Below, in pieces: positions 52,926 to 64,000 of a stretch of 64,000 nucleotides of DNA. The notes under the pieces are model-generated. The model was not told the origin of the DNA. It saw nothing but the letters and a program-made list of their open reading frames with translations, and ran no database searches. Position 1 is the stretch's first letter. Each line of letters opens with the position of its first letter. Position numbers and translations under genes: made by a program. Origin of the DNA: Octopus sinensis (taxonomy: Eukaryota); assembly GCF_006345805.1 (NCBI RefSeq), contig NC_042999.1, positions 56,606,001 to 56,670,000 on the forward strand. Direction: 5' to 3'.

Positions 52926-53268
52926 CAGTGATGCCTCGCAGTACTCGTTTTACAAATCAATTTTCCTCATTGAAATTAACTAAAATATAATTAACCCGTT
53001 ACAACCCCACAAAACCACTCAAAAATAATTTTTTATGTGTTCTAAAACAGAAAAGGTGTAGTTACAAGTAAAATGACAATTATAAAAAAGAGAATGCGAA
53101 AGGAATATGTAAATTGGTTTTAGAAACTGTATCACTTTAAAGATGGGACGATTTGTGTGCTCGTATTGCGGATTTCCGCTCGTACTTCAAGAAAAATATT
53201 CGCACGAGTCTCGGCTCGTACAGTAAATCACTCGTATAATGGGGTACTCGTACTGCAAGGTTCTACTG
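52926..53268. mobile_element. Tigger-like MITE, decayed
   Basis: TA-cagtgatgcctcgcagtac ... gtactgcaaggttctactg-TA. Confidence 0.6.
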
Positions 53269-53299
53269 TACACTTAGAAAAAAGCTTTAGTTTTGATTT

Positions 53300-53660
53300 C
53301 TCTGTCAAGATCAGTAGCACGGAGTTGAAGAAGAGTGAAACCGGCAACAGTCTGCCATCATGCGGGTTTCAGTAGCAATGAAATCTTTCACCATGCACAT
53401 CACTGATCTTGCCCAAGTCCAAAGGAAAGAAATCTGACTCTTAAAAAAGCGAATCTTCAAAGAAATTTCGATACCTTGTGCATCGAATGAGTCCAAGCCA
53501 GCTATGATTGCCTTGTAATTCGGGCTCCGGTTCTTTCCTAGAAAATTTTCAACTGTCTTTGACACAGAAGCATAAGGCCATCGTTCAACTTCAACCAATG
53601 AATCTGAACATCTGATTCTTCATCAGTTTGTGAGTGTCTGATACAACAAATGGGAACCGG
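53300..53660 (-). pseudogene. Decayed DNA-transposase C-terminus, probably Chapaev3/CMC-like
   Basis: VENFLGKNRSPNY...ISLKIRFF, frameshifted DLGKISDVHGERFH, and MMADCC resemble the recalled NFLGN..SLKIHFL..SDEHGERFHQ..MLADYCW motif. Confidence 0.55.
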
Positions 53661-55210
53661 TGAATAATAAAGCTGTCAAGAAGAAAATCCAGAAATGGTG
53701 CGAATTCTCTCCTGATGACCGCTGAAACCAAATGGCATCCAATGTGCAGAGCTTTCAATTGGCAGCATTTGTACAAGCATGTCGTTTGCAACGCTGTTTA
53801 TTTATCCGGAGCTTTCGCATTTACATATGTACATCAATTATTTGAACATAACATTATACGAAAAATGATATACGTAGCAGTCACCAGCCTTCAATGTATA
53901 GAATATTTTTAGTACCCATATGAAAATTGCTGATGGTTATTAAAACCGGAATAAATAGAAAGAGTGAGAATAGCTTATCGCAAAAACGACCAACAGAGAT
54001 CTGTATAGCACCTGAAGTTCCTCTGTCTAGGAACTCAAAATCCCAGCTTTTATAATACTCCACGAGATTTCTAGAAAATTCGACCGGACTATTTAGCAAG
54101 AAGATTTCAGTTCACTTGGTTACGCAGCAGCCGATCTGAATAGCTAGATCATGATCGTGAAGGCTTTAATGCTTTTTATGGTAGTGTGGTAGGTTGTTGT
54201 CCTGAGCTTGGAAATTTGAGAGCGATAGTTTAGAATTTAACAGGAACCTCGCTACGGCGCTAAACACACAAAACAATGAAGACCTAGTATTCGTATTTTG
54301 GATAAAGATCTAATGGATATTTCATACTCGCTGTTTGGACCTTGGTCAACCCTGGTTGAGCAAATTTATGAACAAAAACATTCCAGCAATGCCCATCTCG
54401 ACCTTTCGTATAAAAACTGAGGCCTATAATATCTAGTGAGATATTTAAAAAATACATTGAGGTATAATTTGACTGTTAATTCTAACATGTCCAGGAACTA
54501 CGCAGTGACTCATTTCTTTTACTGTTTCTAATACACGACGTTGTTATACAGGGTAAAGCAAAAATCCTCCATCCCCTCCCTCCCACATTAGCTTCACGAG
54601 GACACCGTTATCACACGCCTAAAACAAAAAAATGCTACACCAATGGGCGTGTAAAATATAAAAGGTTTTTTGGCCCATATTTCCACCCGACCATTGGTGT
54701 GACGCTAATGAAGTTGGGAAGGTGGTTTCATGTAGCTAATGAGGTAGAAGTTTTTGATGTACCCTCAATTTCCTGGGCAGTATGTTGCCTGTTCCAGAAA
54801 GTGGAGCTAAATAAATATTTACATCATGTAGAACCATTTTAACCATTAAAAGAAAGGCAGACAAAAGCTGTTATATTCCCTTTTAAAGTGTTTCTTGTGG
54901 CACCAAAATTTCGTCGCATGTCTGCGATTTGGTCAATGACAAAATTCTACAGTAATTCTATAGCTAAAAATAGATGTTTCCACAATAGACGCGGCTCCCC
55001 TAACGACTGAAGATATTGTAAGGGAGATAAATAATTTTACAATTTATATATATTTTATAATTTATATATGATTCATAATCCAGATTCCTAATATGAAGCC
55101 GGATTAAGAATTCGAATTTCAAGTTAAGGAATTATAAGGAAAAAGATTCGTAGAATTCACATCTCTTTTCTTTACTTGATACGAAGTTCTTAAACATTTC
55201 GTCGTTGGTA

Positions 55211-55257
55211 ATCATGTACAGCACTATTTCATTCCTTTTAGAAATCATCAGTATGAC
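55211..55257 (-). ncRNA. Minimal type I hammerhead ribozyme motif
   Basis: Minus strand gtcata-CTGATGA-tttct aaaa ggaat-GAAA-tag tg ctg-TA-catgat. Confidence 0.6.
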
Positions 55258-55934
55258 ATAAAAAGTGGCTTATTAATTAAACATTTTATGAAGTGAGACA
55301 TTTCATTAAAGATAGAAATAGTTATAGTTTGGATAGAAATACACAGAATGTGTTTTTTTTTCTTTTCTTTCCTCCATAAAACACCAGTAGTTTAGCAAGT
55401 GAGAGAATGAAGAGAAATTTTTTGGTGTTTTACGTACAGAATAGTAACTATTTCAGAGAATTCCATCCTGTGAGAATGTCTTATTGCTACCAATAGTTTC
55501 AGTTCTAGTTACAAACAATTTTCCGATATATTCTTTGAGGTTTTTTTGATTGATTGATTCTAGTTTCAGCTTATGAGCTGTGGCCATGCTGGGGCACCGC
55601 CATTTGTAGACATTTGTTTCAAACTGTTATTTCTTTATGGCAATCTTTGGTATATATAGTGGAATAGACATCTATTCATAGACACTGAAGGCGCATGATT
55701 TAGTGGTTGAGAGTATTCGGCTCGCGATCGTAAGGTCGTGAGTTCAATTCCCGGCGACACGTTGGGTCTTTGAGCAAGACACTTTATTTCACTCGGCTGG
55801 CAAAAATGAGTTGTGCCTGTATTTCAAATCATTTTATAATTTATATAATTCATAATCCAGATTCATAATATGAAACCGGATTAAGAATTCGAATTTCAAG
55901 TTATTCCCATTATATATACGTGTGTGTGTGTGTG

Positions 55935-56447
55935 GTGCTTGCCTCTCCTTCGCAGAAGAAGGCCATCTCTACAATCAGTAAATGCCGTCATGAAATCTCA
56001 TATGAAGAGCAATTCCAGCTTTGGACAAACTGATGTTACAATCATTTCCAGGTATCAAAGTGTCTGGGATTGAAGTCAAATTCTGTTTACGAAGTGCTCG
56101 TTTCAAGATGGATTGTTCGATCCTCCGGGTTTCAAATGGTTTACAACCATCGTAGATAACATCTTTCCAAACCGATTGATCTCGCGTCAACTGCACCCAG
56201 TCTTCAACATCCACAATAACAGCCTTAAAATTGCTTTTGACAGCATCCCTAAAACCTTTCTTAGCTTCATGTCTCGGACGTTTACCACGTTGCAACTTCA
56301 CCAGAAACAACGGCTTTGGTAACCTGTCATCCTGTATCCCAGTAAAGTGCCCACCCTAACGCATCGAATTGCGCGCAAGGAGCATCCCCATGCTGGATGT
56401 GTTGGCTTGCTGAAGAACAGCAGCGTTAAAGACTACCATTTGACATC
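55935..56447 (-). mobile_element. RTE-type LINE 3' fragment
   Basis: KLQRGKRPRHEAKKGFRDAVK...DWVQLTRDQSVWK...SLSKAGIALHMRFH. Confidence 0.75.
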
Positions 56448-57130
56448 CGTTCATCCATCCATCCATTCATTCATCCAGCCATCCATATATACATATATAT
56501 GCATACACACACATACATACATACATACATACATACATGTATACATATACACACATAAAGCAAAACATAAATCTGCAGGTATACATACATACATACATAC
56601 ATACATGCATACACACATACATACATTTATACAGACACACAGACAGACACAGACAGACATACACACACACACACCTACGTACATACATATATACATACAT
56701 ACATACATACATACATACACACGCACTACATACATACACACATACGTAAATACACACATACGTAAATACACACATACATGCACACACATACACACACACT
56801 TTCATACATACACACATACATGCACACAAACACACACACATACATACACACAAACACACACACTTACATACATACACACACATGCATACATACATACACA
56901 CAAACATACGTACATACATACACACATACATACGCACATACATACACAAATACATGCATACATACATACACACATATACATACATAAACACACGCATACA
57001 TACATACATAAATACATACATAAATACATACATAAATACATACATACATACATACATATTTATACTCACATACATACATACATACATACATACACACACA
57101 TGCATACATCCATCCATCCATATATATAAT
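56448..57130. repeat. Degenerate (CATA)n/(CA)n low-complexity array
   Basis: Direct inspection; source of the spurious His/Thr/Tyr-rich ORFs. Confidence 0.95.
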
Positions 57131-57261
57131 ACATGTAGAGTGTTGTTATCGCGTCCGCTTCCAGTGTAACAGTGTTGTTACCACTGTACTTATTAGTAGA
57201 ATTACTAGTTATGATATATAAAGCAAATGTAGGAAAAATTAGAATAAATACTAGTTTATAT

Positions 57262-57446
57262 AGGCGCAGGAGTGGCTGTGTGGTAAGTAGCTTGCTTACC
57301 AGCCACATGGTTCCGGGTTCATTCCCACTTCGTGGCACCTTGGGCAAGTGTCTTCTACTATAGCCTCGGACCAACGAAAGCCTTGTGAGTGGATTTGGTT
57401 GACGGAAACTGAAAAGAAGCCTGTCGTATATATATATATATTATAT

Positions 57447-57502
<56 letters not shown>

Positions 57503-57688
57503 GTGTGTGTGTGTGTGTGTCTGTGTTTGTCCCCCCAACATCAATTGATAACGGATGCTGGTGTGTTTACGTCCCCGTAACTTAGCTGTTCGGCAAAAGA
57601 AACTGATAGAATAAGTACTAGGCCTACAAAGGCCACAGTCAAATGACTGAAACAAGTAAAAGAGAGTAAAAGAGAGTAAAAGAGAGTA
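57262..57688 (+). mobile_element. CORE-like tRNA SINE
   Basis: Same family as 5493, with an internal deletion in the tail. Confidence 0.9.
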
Positions 57689-58760
57689 TCTTCTACGTAC
57701 GTTCACCATTGTGGTTCTTTGCAACCTCTACATTGGCTGTTCGAAGAACAATTGGATGCTGAACCGCCCCAGATCACCAAGGAAACACTTTAATGTATCT
57801 TCAAAGTTCCTAGGCTTTCACCAATGGAAACATAATTTCCCTCAACTGGAAGATCAACAGCCACCAGATGCCATTCCAACTGACCATCCATCATCAACAT
57901 GGCTAAAATTACATACGGGTCTCTTGAGGGTTGTCTGTTTGCATGCAGAAGCTGAGAAGTTTTATCGACATCTTGAATGTTGACTAGAGTGTCGTTTTAA
58001 AGGAGCAGACACTATTATTGCAGTCATCGTCTGCGCATGTTAGAACTTGCATCGATGAGTCAATGATGAGTTATTACAAGAATCTGTCCTCAACAGTTTG
58101 TTATTTCTGTTAAACATCAACAACTTCCATTGAACCGTTCGATACTGCATCATTTTACAAACAGACGATGTCAACAAGCTTATTCAGAGTGATCAAACCA
58201 GAGTACGCCTTAGTTTTCTGTTGAAATATTCATCACGACTAGTGAATCTTTTTTTTTATTTTGCCGCACACCGTATGATACAAACATGGACAATTGATTG
58301 AGGAAGGATAAAACACAGCTGAATTAAATTCGATGAAACTAGCCATCTTCATTTGTATACTGTAAAACAATGGAATAACTATACTGAAAAAAATGGCTCA
58401 GCAAACTTCGTATGTCATTATTAGATTTGTGGAATCGTTGATAACTTATCGACCTCCATCATATAAATTTCTAAAGTAAAATAAAGAAAGTATAATTAAA
58501 TTAAGAAAATTCTTGATTTCAAAACAATAATTCTTTTGTTTTTGGGTTCATTATTGGTTTTTAATAAGAAATATTTAAAGAAATTTAATGAAATTTAATG
58601 GAAATACTGAGCAAAATTGATAAAGAACAATAAAAATTCAGCCCTATTATACTGGTATTGTCTGAATATCCGATGTGAAATATGTGTTTGATGAATAAAA
58701 ATTGGGAATTACTGAGTTTTAGCCTTAGATTACGGCACTCTACTGGATTAGCTCGCTTAA

Positions 58761-58965
58761 CCCTTTTTGCATTTAAACAGGCCATATCAGGCCCAAAGAG
58801 TCTACCTATTTTATGCTCAAACTGATCGGATCCAGCCTCTCACTCTTCCCTACAATGTCGTTCAAAAAATAAAGAAACGTATCTCAAAGCTATGAGGTGA
58901 TGCATGGTTGATTTTAAAATGTGAAAAAATATTACATTTGACAGAATAAGCTGAATGCTAAGGAG
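58761..58965. mobile_element. piggyBac-type MITE, decayed
   Basis: TTAA-ccctttttgcattta ... tgaatgctaaggag-TTAA. Confidence 0.5.
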
Positions 58966-59278
58966 TTAATGCTCAAAACCATTTATTGCCCCTTTGGATT
59001 GTCATTAAAATTCCCCGAGGATCAATATTGAACACTTTACTGATCTCCGGTGGAGAATATACTCTTTCACTGGTTTCAGTCATTGGATAGCGGCCATGCT
59101 GAGGCTCCGCCTTCAGAGATTAAAGTTGAACAAATTGGCCACAGTCCTTACTTAAAGTCTGATACTTATTGTATTGGTTAATATTTTGGCTGAACTACTA
59201 AATTACGGTGACGCAAACAAACCGACACCGGTTATCAAGCGGTGAAAACATAAAGACAAAACAGCGAGAGAAACAAAA

Positions 59279-59314
<36 letters not shown>

Positions 59315-59737
59315 TGTACGCACACACAATAAATAGAACTCAGTGCATGAAAAAAAAAAAATATATATATATATATAGATAGATAGATAGGTGTTTACGT
59401 CTCCGTAACTTAGCGGTTTGGAAAAAAGAAACCGACAGAATAAGTACCAGGCTTTTAAGAAATAAGTACTGGGCTCAATTGGTTCGGCGAAAATTCTTCA
59501 ACATGGTGCTCTAGCATGGCCGGAGTCTAATGACTGAAATAAGTAAAAATGAGTAAAAAAGAAGATACGTATATGCAATATGTATACGCATGGTTTCTGC
59601 CCATAAAATTCACTTACAAAGACTTTTAGGAGAAAACACTAGCCCAAGTGCAGCGTGATTGAACTCGAAGCGACATGGTTTCAAAGCGGACTTCTTCAGC
59701 ACGCAGCCATGCTTGTATCAGTATATCAACAGATTAG

Positions 59738-60320
59738 GGCGGCGAGATGGCAGAATCGTTAGAACGCCGGGCGAAATATTTAGCGGTATTTCGTCTGCCG
59801 TTACGCTGTGAGTTCAAATACCGCTGAGGTCGACTTTGCTTTTCATCCTTTCGGGGTCGATAAATTAAGTACCAGTTACGCACTGGGATCGTTATAATCG
59901 ACTTAATACCTATGTCTGTCCTTGTTTGTCCCTTCTATGTTTAGCCCCTTGTGGGTAATAAAGAACTAGGTATTTCGTCTACCGTTACGTCATGAGTTCA
60001 AATTCCGCCGAAGTCGACTTTGCCTTTAATCTTTTCGGGGTCGATAAATTAAGTACCAGTTACTCACTGAGGTCGATATAATCGACTTAATCCGTTTGTC
60101 TGTCCTTGTTTGACCTCTCTATGTTTAGCACCTTGTGGGTAGTAAAGAAATAGGTATTTCGTCTGCCACTACGTTCTGAGTTCAAATTCCGCCGAGGTCG
60201 ACTTTGCCTTTCATCCTGTCGGAGTCGATAAATTAAGTACCAGTTGCGTACTAGGGTCAATCTAATCGACTGGATCCATCTTCCCCAAAATTTCGGGCCT
60301 TGTGCCTTGAGGAGAAAAGA
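59738..60320 (+). mobile_element. Deu/Nin-domain-like SINE trimer
   Basis: Head plus three units; the last has the alternative tail. Confidence 0.88.
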
Positions 60321-60343
60321 GTATATCCACAAATTTTAGTCAA

Positions 60344-60760
60344 CAGGAGTGGCTGTGTGGTAAGTAGCTTGCTTACCAGCCACATGGTTCCGGGTTCAGT
60401 CCCACTGCGTGGCACCTTGAGCAACTGTTTTCTACTATATAGCCTCGGGCCGGCCAAAGCTTGTGAGTGGATTTGGTAGACGGAAACTGAAAGAAGCTCG
60501 TCGTATATATGTATATATATATATATGTGTGTGTCTGTGTGTGTGTGTGTGTGTTTGTCCCCCCCAACATCGCTTGACAACCGATGCTGGTGTGTTTACG
60601 ATCCCGTAACTTAGCGGTTCGTCAAAAGAGACTGGTAGAATAAGTGCTAGGCTTACAATGAATAAGTCCTGGGGTCGATTTTCTCGACTAAAGGCGGTGC
60701 TCCAGCATGGCCGCAGTCAAATGACTGAAACAAGTAAAAGAGTAAAAAAGAGTAAAGAGA
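60344..60760 (+). mobile_element. CORE-like tRNA SINE, near full length
   Basis: Same family as 5493. Confidence 0.9.
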
Positions 60761-61725
60761 GACAGACATGTAAAATCTCCAGAGACATATTCTACAGATA
60801 CACCGTAATACCGTATTGAAACTCATCGCTTTTAACGCATCAGTGATTCACCAGACATCTTTTATCAAATATTTTGTTGAAGTTGATTAAGTTTGATAAA
60901 ATATTGATCTCTAATCAAACGACATCTGCTATCTTATTTGTAACGAATTGATGTTTTGAAGCTATTCGTTTTGAATTCCTGTGAAAGAAGCACGAAACAA
61001 ACCAAATGTCTGAATATTATCAAGAAAATGGCATTTTTTGTATTTGGTTTGCAAGATTCTTCATACGTATTCGATGTGGAAACAGATTTTGTCATCTCTC
61101 GGGAGGGTCATCATACAAATAATAAGCACACGTACTAGTTCTATTTCACTTTAATTTTTTATATTTATCAACTGGTTAATTAATTAGCCAATTAACTAAC
61201 TGATTATATGATTAATCATTTGGTCAATCAAACAATCAGCTAGATTCATCAGAGTCTATTCATTGCCATACGCGACCTCTTCAATAACATACATTCTCTA
61301 TGTTTGCTCTGGTCTGCCTGTCCGTTTCTTGGTTTGCAAGTTTTTTTATCTATATTTATATGGACGTGAATGAGAATACAAGTGAAGGAGAGATATGTTA
61401 AATTAAACTAACTTGTTAATTCCTCATAAAAATCTGTAAGTTAACGGAAAGGCATTAACAAGTTGAATTTTCATTCGGGAATATTTAAAGTAGAAAATAG
61501 CATACTATAGGTGCAGGGGTGGCGATAAACAGATCCGTCCATTACGTGACAGCAGCTGTTCGATATAAACCTGCAAGCGGGCAATACTTGTATACTGAAC
61601 ATGTGCGTGTAGAACGGTTTCAAAATGAAACAAAACTAACAATAAGACGGAAAATGTTTGTTCTTGTAGACTTCGACTTTATTCACATTTGAAAAGTTTT
61701 TTCCTACATTTTTTAATCGCAAAGT

Positions 61726-61989
61726 CTATATAGTAGAAAACAGTTGCTCAAGGTGCCACGCAGTGGGACTGAACCCGGAACCATGTGGCTGGTAAGCAAG
61801 CTACTTACCACACAGCCACTCCTGTTGACTAAAATTTGTGGATATACTCTTTTCTCCTCAAGGCACAAGGCCCGAAATTTTGGGGAAGATGGATCCAGTC
61901 GATTAGATTGATCCTAGTACGCAACTGGTACTTAATTTATCGACTCCGACAGGATGAAAGGCAAAGTCGACCTCGGCGGAATTTGAACT
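61726..61989 (-). repeat. 264-bp inverted duplicate of 60179-60442
   Basis: Includes the unique inter-SINE spacer and private mutations; one mismatch seen. Confidence 0.92.
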
Positions 61990-63180
61990 GGACTGGCAAA
62001 ATACCTTGAAACATCTAACGACTGAATGCTAAAGCTCGTTGAAAGCCACAGGAGACGTAAGAAGCTTCATTCTGTTATAAAAGAGGGCAAACACTTTGCT
62101 TGTGAGTTTATGCATAATGCCCAGGTTGAACAGCATGGAGGAAGTTTGGCAACTGTAGTTGCAAAGAAGGTGAAATCGATAGCAAAGCAAAATGCATTTG
62201 AACAATTAGCTGATAGGTGGGAACAAAAACCTCTGCATGGCAAATGTACGGGCCGTAGCAAACAAGCTGATGTAGACCAGAAACACGCCCATCAGTGGTT
62301 ACAGAGGACAGAGCTAAAGGTAGAGAGTGAAGGCTTTATCTTGGCTGCTCAAGATTAGAGCTTATTGACCCAGATCTATCAAGCTAATGTGATGAAAAAT
62401 AGAGTAGACCCAAAGTGCCGATACTGCAACGATGGGATTGAAACAGTGAACCACCTAATCTCTGGGTGTAAGGTTTTAGCACCAGTAGAGTATAAATCAA
62501 GCCATGGCAGAGTTGGCCAGTATCTACACTGGATAATGTGTCGGCATTATAAAATTAAAACTGCTGACAAATGGTACAAGCACCACCCTGAGGCTGTAAC
62601 TGAGGGAGAAAATGTAACGATTCTTTGAGACTTTCCCGGACTATCAAGGTAAATAAACCAGATATTGTTATGAAAGACAAAAACAATAAAGTCTGTTTAT
62701 TGATTGACATGAGCATACCCAGTGACCATAATATCTCGGCAAAAGAATTTAATAAGCTCAGAAAATATAAAGATTTGTTAATCGAAATCGAAAAGATGTA
62801 GCATCTCAAGACGGTTACAATACCAGTGATTGTAGGAGCACTTGGAACGATCAAAACACTGAAAATTATTTAAGAATGATCCCTGCCTTACCATCCAAGC
62901 AGGAAGTGCAAAAGATTGTCTTAACTTGGACGTCACACGTATTGGGAAGAGCATTGTAAATTTTCTTTCTTTTACCCCCTTTATTTTATTTGTTTACTTT
63001 TTTATATTTTTCCCCTTTTCTCTCTGTCTTTCTTCACCTTTTTCTCTATCACATGACTTTGTAAATGAACAATCTGGTGTGTTTATTTTGATGGCCTACC
63101 AATGTATATAGTGAGTTTCTCTGCTCTAGGTGTCAGGAAGACACTCAGCAAGAAATAGAAACAAAATTGAAATATGTTGG
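61990..63180 (+). mobile_element. R4/Dong-clade LINE 3' portion (CCHC knuckle plus REL), followed by (TAA)n
   Basis: WEQKPLHG, ESEGFILAAQD, CRYC...ETVNHLISGC, KPDIV...IDMSIP, IPVIVGALG; several stops. Confidence 0.88.
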
Positions 63181-63239
63181 TGATAATAATAATAATAATA
63201 ATAACAACAACAACAACAATGCTGATGGTGATAATAATA

Positions 63240-64000
63240 ATTAGAGCTAGAAGCTATTAAAAGAAAGATATCGCGTGATGTTGGGCATGCGAAAAATGGA
63301 AGTGGTATAGTGGAAGAGATGGACAGTTGTTCCCAAGAATATACTACCGTGAATTGTGAAAGAATTGAGATCAGTGACTACTCAAACAATGAAGATCGAT
63401 TAATAATAGACAGAATTAAATACAGAAGGGACAGAATTTATGTGCGACTTTAAGAAGGCTAACCAATAGAGACTAAATCAAGAGACGAGTAAAGTCAATA
63501 ATGTATTGAGACACATTGAAACAAAGAACATCACACAACAAATAATCTTATCCAGTCTGCTAGTAGTATTGTGGCGGAAAGGATAGGATTGAGAACTACT
63601 GAGAACAGAACATTGACGGATAGAAGAGGAAATAAACAACTGTGGCGGAAAAGGAGAAGTTCAGAAGATATAAACTCCTTGAACAGTGTAGTGTCAATAG
63701 TTGCCAGGAAAAGAAATGGAGAACTGAAGAATGAATGGAAATTTGAAAAAGTTAGGAAGAAGTGTGGTATAGATACAAAAGGCCTGAATGTTGTAATTGA
63801 AGAACTGAAGCAGTGCATACTTGCAAAAGAAGCAAAGCCAGGTGTGAACAACGGATTAAGCAATACCGGTAAAACTAATTGTTTAGAACCGACCAAAAAA
63901 GATTTTATCAAGAAAGATAAATGATGATAAATCTGGGTTAAGATATGGAGTAAGCAAGAACAACATAACACTACAGTTGAATGGCTCTGCAGCCTGAGGC
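63240..64000 (+). mobile_element. Decayed N-terminal region of another probable R4/Dong-type LINE (runs off the window)
   Basis: TNNLIQSASSIVAERIG...IEELKQCILAK...FRTDQKRFYQE-like translation, adjacent to (TAA)n. Confidence 0.5.

Noticed and set aside
56347-57129. 260-aa His/Thr/Tyr-rich ORF and many similar YI/CV/HT-rich ORFs
   Set aside because: Translations of (CATA)n, (TA)n and (TG)n microsatellites

Overview
AT-rich, repeat-saturated eukaryotic DNA with one 100-N assembly gap (4496-4595). The tRNA-derived SINE families and dense (TA)n/(TG)n/(TATG)n microsatellites suggest an octopus (coleoid cephalopod) genome; this is an inference. No host protein-coding gene can be supported. Almost all ORFs in the track are microsatellite or SINE noise, and the real coding remnants are transposon-derived. 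These are a near-intact CR1-type LINE (ORF1 plus APE-RT ORF2, minus strand, 30231-34003), RTE-type LINE fragments (some with three C-terminal C2H2-like fingers), R4/Dong-type REL-LINE fragments, a Penelope-like RT/GIY-YIG remnant, a decayed Tc1 transposon, a probable Chapaev-type remnant and several MITEs. Signals not visible in the ORF track: (1) at least four near-canonical and three variant or degenerate minimal type I hammerhead ribozyme motifs from several sequence families; (2) the CR1 ORF2 has no AUG before residue 226 but overlaps ORF1 by about 265 nt in the -1 frame with two slippery heptamers, and it looks compositionally foreign; (3) nested LINE insertions into one microsatellite; (4) many long fold-back palindromes and a 264-bp inverted duplication. 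Coordinates were read by eye; boundaries of decayed repeats are approximate.
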